Under the pieces are notes generated by a model that saw only the letters and a program-made list of their open reading frames with translations, searched no databases and was not told where the DNA came from. Below are positions 18,079-29,104 of a stretch of 64,000 bases of DNA, in pieces. Numbering within the stretch: the stretch's first letter is position 1; each line of letters starts with the position of its first letter. Location of the stretch: contig CAVGEY010000008.1 of NCBI GenBank assembly GCA_963628435.1, forward strand, positions 12,614 to 76,613. The letters are read 5' to 3'. The position numbers were made by a program, and so were the translations under genes. This stretch comes from a bacterium. Its GTDB lineage: Bacteria > Bacillota > Clostridia > Oscillospirales > CAG-272.

Positions 18079-19170
18079 TTATTTCTTTTTATTGAAGATA
18101 TCGAAAAGCGTGTCATAATCGGCTTTCGGATTCTCTTCTGCGGGTTTTGCAAGGTCATCAATCTTCGGTTTGCTTACGGGTGCCTCTGCTTTTGTTTCCT
18201 CGGCAGCCTCTTCTTTAGCGAAACCGGTTGCAATCACAGTAACGTGTACTTCGTCGTCAAGGCTGTCATCTACAACATAGCCGATGATAACCCGTGCATC
18301 GGGATGTGCCTCATTGGTGATAAGATCGGCGGCAACATCAAGTTCATCCAGTGCGAAATCGCTGGGGCATGTGAAGTTTACAAGTATTCCTCTTGCTCCC
18401 GAAATAGAGGTTTCGAGAAGGGGGCTTGAAATTGCCATCTTCGCTGCGACTTCGGCCTTATCCTTACCCTGTGCGGCACCGACACCCATATGTGCAAATC
18501 CCGCATCCTTCATAACGGCTTTCACATCGGCGAAATCAAGATTGATAAGTCCGTCTTTGGTAACAAGATCGGAAATCGACTGAACGCCGTGTTTAAGAAT
18601 ATTATCTGCCTCGCTGAAAGCGTTAAGAACGGTGATACGGGTTGAAGAAAGCTGCTTCAGACGTTCATTGGGGATGACGATAATAGCATCGACATTCTTG
18701 CTGAGTTCGGCGATACCGGCCTCTGCCTGTGCCATTCTCTTTTCACGCTCGAACTTGAACGGTTTTGTTACAACGGCAACGGTCAAAACGCCCATTTCTT
18801 TTGCTATCTTGGCAACTTTGGGAGCCGCACCCGTACCTGTTCCGCCGCCCATTCCCGCGGTAATGAACACCATATCGGAGCCCTTGATAACGTTTGTTAT
18901 TTCCTCTATATTTTCCTCGGCAGCGGCAGCACCTACTTCGGGATTCGAACCTGCGCCCTGTCCTCTTGTAAGTTTTTCTCCGACAACAACCTTCTCGTCC
19001 GCTTTGGATTTAAGCAGCGCAGCACGATCTGTATTGATGGCAACAAACTGAACCTCGGAGACGCCGCCGTCAATCATACGGTTAACGGCATTATTTCCGC
19101 CGCCGCCAACGCCTATTACTTTGATTTTCGTGGAACAGTCATATTCCATTTCCATTGATTCAAGTGACAT
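18079..19170 (-). CDS. ftsZ: Cell division protein FtsZ
   Basis: 363 aa. [13 protein letters not shown] and the tubulin signature [12 protein letters not shown]. Confidence 0.97.
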   Translation of the reverse strand: MSLESMEMEYDCSTKIKVIGVGGGGNNAVNRMIDGGVSEVQFVAINTDRAALLKSKADEKVVVGEKLTRGQGAGSNPEVGAAAAEENIEEITNVIKGSDMVFITAGMGGGTGTGAAPKVAKIAKEMGVLTVAVVTKPFKFEREKRMAQAEAGIAELSKNVDAIIVIPNERLKQLSSTRITVLNAFSEADNILKHGVQSISDLVTKDGLINLDFADVKAVMKDAGFAHMGVGAAQGKDKAEVAAKMAISSPLLETSISGARGILVNFTCPSDFALDELDVAADLITNEAHPDARVIIGYVVDDSLDDEVHVTVIATGFAKEEAAEETKAEAPVSKPKIDDLAKPAEENPKADYDTLFDIFNKKK

Positions 19171-19319
19171 ATCTTAATCCTCCCGATTTTATCTTGTCAA
19201 AATTTATATTATTTCTTATACAATATTACCTAATTATCATATAATTTTTTGCCCTGTTTTTCAATAGACAGTAGTGAAAATTAACGATTTTTTAACATTT
19301 AATCTTCAAGACAAATCGC

Positions 19320-20144
19320 TTATTCCTCGCTGTCGATTTGCGCTATTCCCTTATCGACATCCGACAGAATAAATGTACCCGTCACATTCGAAGGATAATA
19401 ATCAATCATTTTTTCGGCAAGTTCCAGCTTATCGGCAAAATCGGTATAACTTCCGAACGATAGCCTGATTCTGCCGTCATATACAACCGACAGTTCAAAA
19501 CGGTTTGAAAGATCGATTTCGGTAAGTTTATCAAAGCGTTCCCATTTACGAATGGATGAAAGCGCATCAGCCGTATGGCGGGAATAAAAATCGGAAACAA
19601 ATTCGACCTTTTCGCAGGTGATTGCCTTACCGACCTCCGGAATTTTTATCATCATGACATCGGGGTGATTCTCGATAAGAACATTCTGGTCAACAAAGCG
19701 CTCAAGTACCTTCATTTCGCTGTTTATGAGAAAATATTCTTTATCCATCTCAAAATAGAATGACGGCACCTCTTCGTCGATTTCAATATGAATCTCGGAC
19801 GGAAATTTTATTTCCACGCTGACATCATGAACATAAGAAAGTTTTTTTGTAAGTTTACTTTTTATACTGTTCTCCGAAACAAAAAATATGCTCTGACCTT
19901 TTGATATTCCAGCGGTTTCAAGCAGATTTTCATACGAATAGCAGTTGACTCCATCGATAATAATGGTTTCGACTCTGAAGAAAGAATAGACAATAACCGC
20001 CAAAAAAACGGCGAGAACAGCAACCGCAATACAAACAACCACAGCGGTAGTATAGCCTTTCTTTTTGCTGTTTTGCTCTGTAAATTCGGTAAAAACAGTA
20101 CTTTCACGAGGCGCATATACCGATGTATTATTTTTTTTCTTCAA
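19320..20144 (-). CDS. ftsQ: Cell division protein FtsQ/DivIB
   Basis: 274 aa. Single TM helix followed by a POTRA-like region (VETIIIDGVNCYSYENLLETAGISKGQSIF). Canonical position between murG and ftsZ. Confidence 0.75.
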   Translation of the reverse strand: MKKKNNTSVYAPRESTVFTEFTEQNSKKKGYTTAVVVCIAVAVLAVFLAVIVYSFFRVETIIIDGVNCYSYENLLETAGISKGQSIFFVSENSIKSKLTKKLSYVHDVSVEIKFPSEIHIEIDEEVPSFYFEMDKEYFLINSEMKVLERFVDQNVLIENHPDVMMIKIPEVGKAITCEKVEFVSDFYSRHTADALSSIRKWERFDKLTEIDLSNRFELSVVYDGRIRLSFGSYTDFADKLELAEKMIDYYPSNVTGTFILSDVDKGIAQIDSEE

Positions 20145-20189
20145 TACGTCTCACCTCTTAAAGCCGAAATATTATCTGCGGCTGTGTTA

Positions 20190-21308
20190 TCACTTATCTT
20201 TCACTATCGACAAAAGACCGTTCAAAATAATGCCGTCGGTATCGCCCACGTCAAACTCGGATGCCGATTTACGCATTGATTCGAGTTTATTTTCGTCCGA
20301 CAGAATCTCGGAAAGCTTATCTTCGAGAACATCGGCCGTCAGTTCGGAATCTTCTATAATTACCGCCGCGCCCTTATCTGCCAGCAGTTTTGCGTTTTTA
20401 TACTGCTGATTATTTGTTACATTGGGTGAAGGAATAAGTATTGACGGTTTTGAAAGTGCCGCAAGTTCGGAAAGCGTTGATGCACCGCTTCGGCAAATAA
20501 CAATATCCGCCGCCGCCATACGCACGGGCATATCATAAATATATTCAACAAGTGAAATATTCGGGCATTTATCAAGTCCGAGTTCATCAAATGCTTTTTT
20601 CATTTCCGGATATGCCTTGCCGCCTGTCGCATGCGTAAGGCTGATTTCAGGGTGCTTGGAAATATAGTTCTTCATAAGATCGAGAACAGCATTATTTATA
20701 TGAGCGGCGCCGAGGCTGCCGCCGAAAGACAATATGCTGTACTTTTCCGATTCTGTAAGACGGGTTTCTGATTTCGCTTTTTCGGTTTCAACATTCTTGA
20801 AGCCGTAATCGATAGGCATACCCGAATGAATTATCTTTGCCCTTGAACCGTTAAGGAATTGCCCCGCTGCTTCAAAATTCACGAAAATCAAATCGGAATG
20901 ATTTTTCAACATTTTTACCGCAAAGCCCGGCTCGGCATTAGCCTCATGAAGTGCTACCGGTATATGAAGTCTCGACGCCGCATAACATACGGGAAAGCAG
21001 ACATATCCGCCCGTCCCGACAACCAAATCGGGTTTTATCTGTTTAAGCATTTTTTTACATTCAAGCACTGCAGTTACGGTCTTACGCGCGGTTTTAAGAT
21101 TCTGCAGTGAAAGACTGCGCTTAAGTCCGTATATTTCTATAAAATGAATCGGATAGCCGGCTTTCGGAACAAGTGTGCTCTCCAGTCTGTCCTTAGTACC
21201 GATAAACTCAATCTCACAATCGGGAACATTTCTTTTCAGTATAGAAGCTATGCTTAATGCGGGATTTACATGTCCTGCGGTTCCCCCGCCAGTCATTACA
21301 ACCTTCAT
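20190..21308 (-). CDS. murG: UDP-N-acetylglucosamine--N-acetylmuramyl-(pentapeptide) pyrophosphoryl-undecaprenol GlcNAc transferase
   Basis: 372 aa. MTGGGTAGHVNPAL N-terminal motif and dcw context. Confidence 0.93.
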   Translation of the reverse strand: MKVVMTGGGTAGHVNPALSIASILKRNVPDCEIEFIGTKDRLESTLVPKAGYPIHFIEIYGLKRSLSLQNLKTARKTVTAVLECKKMLKQIKPDLVVGTGGYVCFPVCYAASRLHIPVALHEANAEPGFAVKMLKNHSDLIFVNFEAAGQFLNGSRAKIIHSGMPIDYGFKNVETEKAKSETRLTESEKYSILSFGGSLGAAHINNAVLDLMKNYISKHPEISLTHATGGKAYPEMKKAFDELGLDKCPNISLVEYIYDMPVRMAAADIVICRSGASTLSELAALSKPSILIPSPNVTNNQQYKNAKLLADKGAAVIIEDSELTADVLEDKLSEILSDENKLESMRKSASEFDVGDTDGIILNGLLSIVKDK

Positions 21309-21332
21309 AATAACTTACACTTTCTTTTTTAT

Positions 21333-22637
21333 TTATTTACTTATTCTCGAATATCTCGATATACTCAACAGAATCCCCATTTCGCCCATAAGAATGACAA
21401 GCGACGAACCTCCGTATGAGAAAAACGGCAATGTGATACCCGTATTCGGCAAAACGGCGGTAACGACCATCATATTGAGAAATGCCTGAATTCCGACATG
21501 AGCGGTAATTCCGACAGCCGTTATCGCGGAAAATGTATCGGGTGCCCTTTTGGCAATATAAAGTCCGCGCCAGATAAACGCAAGATAAAGCGAAATAATG
21601 CAGAGCGCACCCACAAAACCGAGTTCCTCGCAAATTATCGCAAAGATAAAGTCATTCTGCGGCTGTGAGACGAAAAGCTGTTTTTGCAGTGACTGACCGA
21701 ATCCTCTGCCGAACAGTCCGCCCGAGCCGACCGCAATAAGTCCCTGCACCGTTTGCCAAGTATCCGACTGAACATCGAAATTTTCGGGATAAAGCCACAT
21801 GTTTATTCTTTTCTGCGCGTATTCGGGCAAGAAAGAAATAACTTCATCGGTAAACGTAAACAGCATTACAATTCCGACTACCGCGGCGATTCCGAAAATA
21901 ATATACCACAGCTTTTTACCGCCGCCTGCCCAAATCACGCTGAGCCCGATAAGTCCGATTATAACCGTTCCCGAGACATGATTTTCAAGGTAAACAAGTC
22001 CGCATACCGAAAGAAGTATCAGACCCGGAATAAATGTGCCGAGAAATGTTGTCTTTATGTAATGCTTCTTTTCATGTATCCGGCGATAGAATTTATCATA
22101 ATAATAGGCGAGCATAAGCACAACCGAGATTTTGGCGGCCTCCGACGGCTGGAAAGTCACTACTTTCAAATCAAGCCAGCGTTTTGCTTCTCCTTCGTTT
22201 GTACCTATTACCAACACAATCAAAAGAAGAAAAATCGAAATCGCGAAAACGACAGGTGTAAATTTTTTGATCACTTTATAATCGAAAAAGCTTACGAATA
22301 TCATAAATGTGAGACCGAGAGCCGCATATAGAATCTGATTTCTGATAAAATGTGCGCTGTCGCCGTATTTGGAGAGCGCATAGGCATAGCTCGCAGAATA
22401 AACCATTGCCGATCCGCATACCAAAAAGAAGAGAATTATCACGAGCATCGGCCGATCGATTTGTCCTCTGACTACTTTAGTCAGCCTGAACGGTTTATGA
22501 TTGGTTTCGGCATCCACCCTAACAAGTCTGTTGCTGTCTTCGGCGAAATCGTCGCCTGTTTCGGAGAACGAATTATTTACTTTTTCGTTATTCATTACAT
22601 TCATAGCACGTAAATTACCCGAAGAATTTCCTTTCAC
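21333..22637 (-). CDS. ftsW: SEDS-family peptidoglycan polymerase FtsW/SpoVE
   Basis: 434 aa polytopic protein. GLPLPFFSYGGSS-type C-terminal motif (GITLPFFSYGGSSLV). Confidence 0.9.
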   Translation of the reverse strand: MKGNSSGNLRAMNVMNNEKVNNSFSETGDDFAEDSNRLVRVDAETNHKPFRLTKVVRGQIDRPMLVIILFFLVCGSAMVYSASYAYALSKYGDSAHFIRNQILYAALGLTFMIFVSFFDYKVIKKFTPVVFAISIFLLLIVLVIGTNEGEAKRWLDLKVVTFQPSEAAKISVVLMLAYYYDKFYRRIHEKKHYIKTTFLGTFIPGLILLSVCGLVYLENHVSGTVIIGLIGLSVIWAGGGKKLWYIIFGIAAVVGIVMLFTFTDEVISFLPEYAQKRINMWLYPENFDVQSDTWQTVQGLIAVGSGGLFGRGFGQSLQKQLFVSQPQNDFIFAIICEELGFVGALCIISLYLAFIWRGLYIAKRAPDTFSAITAVGITAHVGIQAFLNMMVVTAVLPNTGITLPFFSYGGSSLVILMGEMGILLSISRYSRISK

Positions 22638-22669
22638 AAACTTTTTCTGCCGACTTTCGAATTATATTA

Positions 22670-23671
22670 TCACGAATTCAGTCCGAAATAGGCGAGGATG
22701 CAGAAAGCAGCGGTTACAGTCGAAAATACGATTACGATTTTATTCTCACTCCAGCCGCAGCGTTCAAAATGGTGATGTATAGGTGCCATCTTAAAGAGTC
22801 TTTTTCCGTGCGACAGTTTGAAATATCCAACCTGAAGAATATCGGAAAGACTTTCGCAAACATAAATTATTCCCGAAAGAACCAGAATCAAAGGATTATC
22901 AATCATAAAGGCAAATGCGACAACAAGTCCGCCGAGATAAAGCGAGCCGGTATCACCCATAAATATTTTTGCGGGATATGCGTTGTAAACGAGAAATCCG
23001 AGAGTAGCTCCGATGATAAGCGATGCCATAACAACTTCCGACAGTCCACTTCCCTTAAATGCGGCTACCATAAAGAATATACCGACAACAAGTGTTACCG
23101 ACGAGCAAAGACCGTCTATTCCGTCGGTCAGATTAACGCTGTTTACAATACCGGTAATAAGTATAACGGCAAATACATAATAGAAGACGCCGAGATTGAT
23201 TGTTATGTTGACAAACGGAATATAAATATCGGTTGTCAGATATCCGCATATACGCATTACAGCCAAAAAGAGTATGGCAAGAATCAGCTGAAGAAGATAC
23301 TTCTGAGGTGCCGTCAGACCGCCGTTCTGCTTTTTCGCAAATTTCGTCATATCGTCAATTATGCCGATTACCCCGTTCAACAAGGCAAAGATAATGCAGA
23401 CAAGCATTTTACCGATATTTATGTCAAGATTCAAAAATTTTGCGGAAAGAGTTGCCAAAACAAATACGACAAGAGTGGAAAAAATAAAGGTAATGCCGCC
23501 CATTGTAGGCGTTCCTTCTTTATTTTTATGCCATCTCGGCCCGATTTCGAGTATTTTCTGACCCATTTTCAAACTTTTAAGTTTCGGTATTGCAAACCTG
23601 AGGCTGACTGCAGTCAGTATAAATACAGAAAGCACACAAACAACGCAGTATACAATCAAAAATCCGTCCAT
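22670..23671 (-). CDS. mraY: Phospho-N-acetylmuramoyl-pentapeptide transferase
   Basis: 333 aa. NLTDGIDGL, MGDTGSLYLGG and APIHHHFE motifs. Confidence 0.96.
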   Translation of the reverse strand: MDGFLIVYCVVCVLSVFILTAVSLRFAIPKLKSLKMGQKILEIGPRWHKNKEGTPTMGGITFIFSTLVVFVLATLSAKFLNLDINIGKMLVCIIFALLNGVIGIIDDMTKFAKKQNGGLTAPQKYLLQLILAILFLAVMRICGYLTTDIYIPFVNITINLGVFYYVFAVILITGIVNSVNLTDGIDGLCSSVTLVVGIFFMVAAFKGSGLSEVVMASLIIGATLGFLVYNAYPAKIFMGDTGSLYLGGLVVAFAFMIDNPLILVLSGIIYVCESLSDILQVGYFKLSHGKRLFKMAPIHHHFERCGWSENKIVIVFSTVTAAFCILAYFGLNS

Positions 23672-23698
23672 GAAATTTTGAGCCTTCCCTTTGCTTAA

Positions 23699-25099
23699 TT
23701 ATTTTTCATTACTTTCTTCAAGTTTATTGATAATTCTTTCAAGTTTAACGGCACGGCTTGCCTTAAAAAGTATTAAATCAGATTCATCTGTTTTGGCAGT
23801 CAGTGCATTGCAAATATCGGAAACATCATCAATGCAATCAAATGACATTACATTATTCGGATTCATTCCGGATTTAACGGCAGAGTCGGCTATGACATGA
23901 GCATCTTCGCCGAATGTAAAAAGCAGTCCGAGATTTGTTTCTGCGGCATATTTTCCCACCTCCGCGTGTCCCGATACCGAATAATCTCCGAGCTCACACA
24001 TATTGCCGAGCACGGCAACAGATCTGAGATTACGGTTTTCCGACTGACTTTTCAGCACGGAAAGTGCTGCTTTTACCGACTCGGGCGATGCATTATAGCA
24101 GTCTTCGATTATATGGCGTCCGCCCTTTTCGCACATATTCTGTCTCATTCCGACGGTATGATAATTACGAAGGCCGCGTCTTATTTCAAATTCGCCCATC
24201 CCGGCATATATCCCGACTGTATAAGCCATTGCCGCATTCATGACATTATGTTCACCGAATGCGGGAATTACTATACTTTCGATTTTTTCGCCTCTGATTG
24301 TAAGATCAAATGCCGAGCCGTTAATGCCCGAAATGATATTATCGACGAAAACATCACTTTCACGGTTGACTTTGCCCACGTAGCAGGCGCCTTCAATTCC
24401 GGACAGCAGCGGCTCATCGCCGTTAAGTATAATTGCGCCGCCGGGCTGCAGTCCGCACAGTATTTCAAGTTTGGCATCGCGAATGCCTTCTCTTGATCCG
24501 AGATTACCTATATGCGACGTTCCGATATTCGTGATTACGGCAACATTCGGCCTCGCGATCTGAGAGAGAACTCTGAGTTCCCCGAAATGATTCATACCCA
24601 TCTCGATGACCGCAGCGGAAACGCTGTGGTCAAGTTCAAGAAGAGTCATCGGCATACCGATATTGTTATTATGATTTTCCTCGGTTTTCAGTGTTTTGTA
24701 TTTTTCCGAAAGAACCGCATATATAAATTCTTTTGTAGTTGTCTTTCCTATGCTTCCGGTAACGGCAACAGTCAGCGGATTTATCCTTTTTTTATATTCG
24801 CAGGCCAGCTTCCCGAGTGCATCAATGCTGTTTTTGACAACAATAACCGCGGCACTATCGGCGACGGTGATTTCACGTTCGGAAATAACACATGATGCAC
24901 CGTTATTCACAGCAGACATTATAAACTCGTGACCGTCGAAATGCTCTCCGTTTACGGCCAGAAAAAGTGATTTTTTTCTAACATCTCTCGAATCGGTTGT
25001 AATACTTTCGACAGTGAGGTTTCCGTCTCCTATGAGTTTACCTCCTACCGCCTCCGCAATTTCTTTTGCAGTAAGGTTTTCTTTAATTTCAGATGTCAT
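23699..25099 (-). CDS. murF: UDP-N-acetylmuramoyl-tripeptide--D-alanyl-D-alanine ligase
   Basis: Mur ligase P-loop VTGSIGKTTTKE. The track ORF starts at 25129, but ATG 25099 has a GGAGG SD 7 nt upstream. Confidence 0.93.
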   Translation of the reverse strand: MTSEIKENLTAKEIAEAVGGKLIGDGNLTVESITTDSRDVRKKSLFLAVNGEHFDGHEFIMSAVNNGASCVISEREITVADSAAVIVVKNSIDALGKLACEYKKRINPLTVAVTGSIGKTTTKEFIYAVLSEKYKTLKTEENHNNNIGMPMTLLELDHSVSAAVIEMGMNHFGELRVLSQIARPNVAVITNIGTSHIGNLGSREGIRDAKLEILCGLQPGGAIILNGDEPLLSGIEGACYVGKVNRESDVFVDNIISGINGSAFDLTIRGEKIESIVIPAFGEHNVMNAAMAYTVGIYAGMGEFEIRRGLRNYHTVGMRQNMCEKGGRHIIEDCYNASPESVKAALSVLKSQSENRNLRSVAVLGNMCELGDYSVSGHAEVGKYAAETNLGLLFTFGEDAHVIADSAVKSGMNPNNVMSFDCIDDVSDICNALTAKTDESDLILFKASRAVKLERIINKLEESNEK

Positions 25100-25145
25100 T
25101 TTTCGGCCTCCGACCGCATTCTGCCGCATTATTACGCGGTCAATA

Positions 25146-26606
25146 TCAATTATAGCGCAGTTTTATTGATTTTTCAACTTCTTCTTTTTCCGAAAAGGGA
25201 TGCTTGCCGTCTTTTCTGATTTCATAACTTTCGTGTCCCTTACCGGCGATAAGAATAATTTCATCATCCTGAGCATTCATTACGGCATATTTGATTGCCT
25301 CTCGCCTATCGGGAATAACTATATAGCTTTTTGTCTTATCGATTCCGACAAGAATATCCTCTATAATCGAGTTAGGATCCTCTGTTCTGCAGTTATCACT
25401 TGTAATAATCGAAAAATCTGCAAGTTCGGTTGCTATTTTGCCCATAATAGGACGTTTGGTTTTATCTCTGTCGCCACCGCAGCCGAAAAGAACCGTAACC
25501 TTCTGATTCGGATTTTTGGTTTTGAGTACCGAATCAAGCAGTTTTTCAAGAGCATCCGGGGTGTGGGCATAATCTATAATTACAGTGAACGGAAAATCGG
25601 ACGGTGTAATTCTTTCTATTCTTCCGGGTACACCCTCAATTTCGCCGATTGCACGTACTGCCGTCTTTTCGTCAATTCCGAGTTCAAGAGCAAGTGCTAC
25701 CGAACAGAGCGTATTGTAAACGCTGAATTCACCGGGTATCTTGCATTTTATATGAAGATCATCGGATGACCTTCTCTTTATCGTATATGCTATTCCCTTC
25801 ATCGAATCGTATTCGACATCAACCGCGCGGAAATCGGCATCCGTATCTACGGCGGCAGAATAACTTTCGCATATTTTTTTGTTATATGCCGCTCTGACAT
25901 ACTCGTTATCAACATTGAAAACCGCGAGCTTGCTCTGACTGAAAAGTATTTCCTTTGCAAGTGCATAGTTTTCCATTGTTTTATGAAAATCCAGATGGTC
26001 GCGCGTCAAATTGGTATATATAGCTCCGTCAAAGCAGATCGGAGCGACTCTGCCGAGAACGAGTGAATGTGACGATACTTCCATTAAAACGACTTCCACA
26101 CCGCTGTCTCTCATATCGGCAAGAAGCGCATACAGCCGTTCGGGATCGGGCGTTGTCATACCTGCATCAACATCTTTTCCCTTATATGTATTCTTGATTG
26201 TTCCTATAATACCGGTGCAGAATCCGGCATCTTCAAAAATTCTCGAAAGCATATAGGTGGTACTGGTCTTGCCGTTTGTACCGGTAACTCCTATCATTCG
26301 CATACTCGACGCGGGATTTTTGTGATAATTCGAAAATATATATGCGGCAGCAACTCTTGTGTTTTCAACAAGCACATACGGAATTTTACAATTATCGATT
26401 TTGCGCTCGACTATCGCGACAACAGCGCCCGAGTCGGCAGCCTCATTTATAAAAGAATGTCCGTCGAACTTCGTTCCCGAAATACAAAGAAACGCAAAAT
26501 TATCTTTTACAGCTTTACTGTTTCCGGTTACTCCGGATATTTCCATATTTTCGCATCCGTTATACGATACAACATCGGTTCCCACAAACAAATCACTTAT
26601 CTTCAT
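25146..26606 (-). CDS. murE: UDP-N-acetylmuramoyl-L-alanyl-D-glutamate--2,6-diaminopimelate (or L-Lys) ligase
   Basis: 486 aa. VTGTNGKTSTT P-loop. DNPR-like motif region (SDNCRTEDP). Confidence 0.93.
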   Translation of the reverse strand: MKISDLFVGTDVVSYNGCENMEISGVTGNSKAVKDNFAFLCISGTKFDGHSFINEAADSGAVVAIVERKIDNCKIPYVLVENTRVAAAYIFSNYHKNPASSMRMIGVTGTNGKTSTTYMLSRIFEDAGFCTGIIGTIKNTYKGKDVDAGMTTPDPERLYALLADMRDSGVEVVLMEVSSHSLVLGRVAPICFDGAIYTNLTRDHLDFHKTMENYALAKEILFSQSKLAVFNVDNEYVRAAYNKKICESYSAAVDTDADFRAVDVEYDSMKGIAYTIKRRSSDDLHIKCKIPGEFSVYNTLCSVALALELGIDEKTAVRAIGEIEGVPGRIERITPSDFPFTVIIDYAHTPDALEKLLDSVLKTKNPNQKVTVLFGCGGDRDKTKRPIMGKIATELADFSIITSDNCRTEDPNSIIEDILVGIDKTKSYIVIPDRREAIKYAVMNAQDDEIILIAGKGHESYEIRKDGKHPFSEKEEVEKSIKLRYN

Positions 26607-26642
26607 TTTTATGACCGTACCTTTCCTGATTTTACAAATCGG

Positions 26643-28988
26643 TTACCCGCCGAATCCGGAATCTCCGTCGGACTCGTCCAGATAACGGCATGTTATTTTT
26701 ATTACCTCACCGTATTCGGCATTCTCACCGGCGGCAGTTCCCTGTGCAATAACCGTTGCACCCGTTCCGCTCGAATAATTGGCGGCTCCATCGATATAAA
26801 CATTAAATCCGAGTGAATTCAACTGTTTGATTGCAACCGATGCCGACTGTCCGACAACATTCGGTACCGAAACGGTTTCATGTTTTAAGTTATTCTCGGT
26901 ATAAAGTATAATCTTTCCGCTGATGTTTGTGACATACTCTCCGGATGCCGGCGACTGTCCGACTATTGTCTTACCGTTGCCGACTATCTCATACGAGAGT
27001 TTCGACTTCTCGATTTTCTGTTTTGCCTCGTCAACCGTAAGACCGTTATATTTACCTACTTTAACGGCAATTCTTGTCATTTCGTCTTCCGAATAGACTC
27101 GTTCGGTTCCGAGATAGGTAAGTGTCTTTTCGACAACCGATGCAACATAGGGAGCAGCAACATTCGATCCGTATTTGTTCTTTATCTGAGGTTCATCGAC
27201 GATTATGAGAACGCAAATCTGCGGATCGTCGGCGGGCGCCACCGCTATACATGAGCCGACACGTGCGTTTTCGTCTGCGTCGTCCCTCTTCTGAGATGTA
27301 CCTGTTTTGGCGGCGACTCTGTATCCTGCTATATACGCATTTGCAACGCCTTGTCCGTTTGATACACCCTCGCGCAGAACTTCCATAATCGATTTACTTA
27401 CTTCCGAGCTGATAACCTGTCTTTTGGTTCCGGAATCGAACGATTTGACAATTTTTCCGTCTTTGTCGGTCATTGCGCTAACTACATGCGGAGTAACGAG
27501 ATATCCGCCGTTTGCGACAGAACAAATTGCGGTTATCTGCTGAATCGGAGTCGTCTTGAAAGTCTGACCGAAACTGTAGCAGGCAAGCTCTACGGCATTC
27601 AGCCCCGACTCTTTAACATACAGACCGCTTGCCTCACCCGGCAAATCTATACCTGTTTTTGATGTATATCCGAAAGCCTCGAAATATTTATAAAAGTTTT
27701 TCGAGCCTACTCTTGCCGCAACCTGCATTATAGTCGGGTTGCATGAAGCCTGGAGCTGTTTGCTGAATATTTCGGTACCGTGTCCGCCCGCTTTATGACA
27801 TGAAATTGATTTTCCCGCAACGGTAAGTCTTCCCGTACAGGTGAATTGATCATTAAAGCTTACAACCTTTTCATCAAGTGCCATTGCGGTTGTAATAATC
27901 TTGAAAGTCGAACCGGGCTCGTAAAGGTCATTCACGGCCTTATTATTCCACATTTTATATACGAGAGTCCAAAAATAATCGTTTTTTGCTTCTTCTTCGG
28001 TTTTGCCGTCCTCTTCTTGAGCGTCATATTTCCAGCTGCTGTAAAGATCGGCAAAATTTTCGGTTAATGTGTAGGGATCATTCAGGTCGAAATTCGGATA
28101 TGTTGCCATCGCGTAGATTTCACCGTTTGACGGATTCATCACTATTCCGGTAACACGTTCCGCGGCCTGCGATTCTGTATATGTCAGTTTAAGTTGTTCC
28201 TCGAGGATATTCTGAATCGTAATATCAATCGTCGAAACGAGATTCAGTCCGTCCTCGGGTTCGGTATACATATTGTATTCCGAAGGAAGACTTTGACTTT
28301 GTGCGTTTTTGTTTGAAATATATCTGCCCGGCGTGCCTGTCAGATATTCGTCATATTTAAGTTCAAGACCGATAAGTCCGCCGTCTGTTCCGGTAAGACC
28401 TATAACAGATGCGGCAAGAGAGCCGTACGGATAGTAACGTTTCGTTGTAGCCTCAAGATAAACCTGAGTGACGAAACCGTTTTCCTCTATTATTTTACGA
28501 ATGGCTTCGGCTGTATCGACATCCACATTTTTTTCAATGGTGATATCTTTTCTTGTGCTGTATTTATTTATCTGCGAAATTATACTGTCTTTATCGAGTC
28601 CGGCAGCCTCGGCAAGTTTTTCGGCGACAAGTGCTATCTGTTCATCGGCGCACATTTTCTTTCCGTCTTCGATTTCATCGGCCTTCATACCGCTTTTCTC
28701 TTCGAATTTCGAGCTTCCCTCTTTTATTATATCGGAAGGAGAAACAAAAAGTCTGTATGTGGTAACATTTGTGGCAAGAGCGACCATGTTGCGATCGTAA
28801 ATCTGACCTCTTTCCGCAGCAACCGTCGTTTCCTGCTGAATATTATCGATAACCTTGCTTTGATATTCGTCGTAACGCGTAATCTGAAGATTAAAAAGCT
28901 TTGCGACAAGTATACCGCACATTACAAGCATCACAATCATGAATGTTATGCATCGATAGTCAAGCTCACGCATTTTCTTTTTTTCCAT
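26643..28988 (-). CDS. Class B penicillin-binding protein (FtsI/SpoVD-type) with two C-terminal PASTA domains
   Basis: SxxK = GSTFK, KTG = AKTGTS. PASTA repeats (..VGKYNGLTVDEAKQKIEKSKLSYEIVG.. and VPNVVGQSASVAIKQLNSLGFNVYIDG). The track ORF starts at TTG 29030. ATG 28988 (MEKKKMREL..) is the likely start. Confidence 0.92.
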   Translation of the reverse strand: MEKKKMRELDYRCITFMIVMLVMCGILVAKLFNLQITRYDEYQSKVIDNIQQETTVAAERGQIYDRNMVALATNVTTYRLFVSPSDIIKEGSSKFEEKSGMKADEIEDGKKMCADEQIALVAEKLAEAAGLDKDSIISQINKYSTRKDITIEKNVDVDTAEAIRKIIEENGFVTQVYLEATTKRYYPYGSLAASVIGLTGTDGGLIGLELKYDEYLTGTPGRYISNKNAQSQSLPSEYNMYTEPEDGLNLVSTIDITIQNILEEQLKLTYTESQAAERVTGIVMNPSNGEIYAMATYPNFDLNDPYTLTENFADLYSSWKYDAQEEDGKTEEEAKNDYFWTLVYKMWNNKAVNDLYEPGSTFKIITTAMALDEKVVSFNDQFTCTGRLTVAGKSISCHKAGGHGTEIFSKQLQASCNPTIMQVAARVGSKNFYKYFEAFGYTSKTGIDLPGEASGLYVKESGLNAVELACYSFGQTFKTTPIQQITAICSVANGGYLVTPHVVSAMTDKDGKIVKSFDSGTKRQVISSEVSKSIMEVLREGVSNGQGVANAYIAGYRVAAKTGTSQKRDDADENARVGSCIAVAPADDPQICVLIIVDEPQIKNKYGSNVAAPYVASVVEKTLTYLGTERVYSEDEMTRIAVKVGKYNGLTVDEAKQKIEKSKLSYEIVGNGKTIVGQSPASGEYVTNISGKIILYTENNLKHETVSVPNVVGQSASVAIKQLNSLGFNVYIDGAANYSSGTGATVIAQGTAAGENAEYGEVIKITCRYLDESDGDSGFGG

Positions 28989-29032
28989 CAAATCACCGCC
29001 TAAATCAACCGCATAAAGCGGCCGCAACAACG

Positions 29033-29071
29033 CAAAATTGAGAGTACGGCAAGTATCATGCCGTTACTCTC
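29033..29071 (-). terminator. Intra-cluster stem-loop (possible attenuator/terminator between ftsL and the PBP gene)
   Basis: 12-bp stem with one bulge (29040-29051 / 29059-29071), followed on the minus strand by AAUUUUG. Confidence 0.3.
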
Positions 29072-29104
29072 AAAACTTGCCTATAATTCTTAATTACAAT
29101 TTAG

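Noticed and set aside
22769-23698. A 309-aa ORF on the plus strand, plus many similar long antisense ORFs (e.g. 8781-9380, 23897-24496, 25200-25769, 47562-48119, 55812-56552, 21753-22331).
   Set aside because: Each lies entirely inside, and antisense to, a strongly supported conserved gene (mraY, C11 peptidase, murF, murE, ftsH, nif3/trmK, ftsW). They have odd composition (Cys/Arg/Lys/Phe-rich), no SD and no recognisable motifs. These are shadow ORFs.
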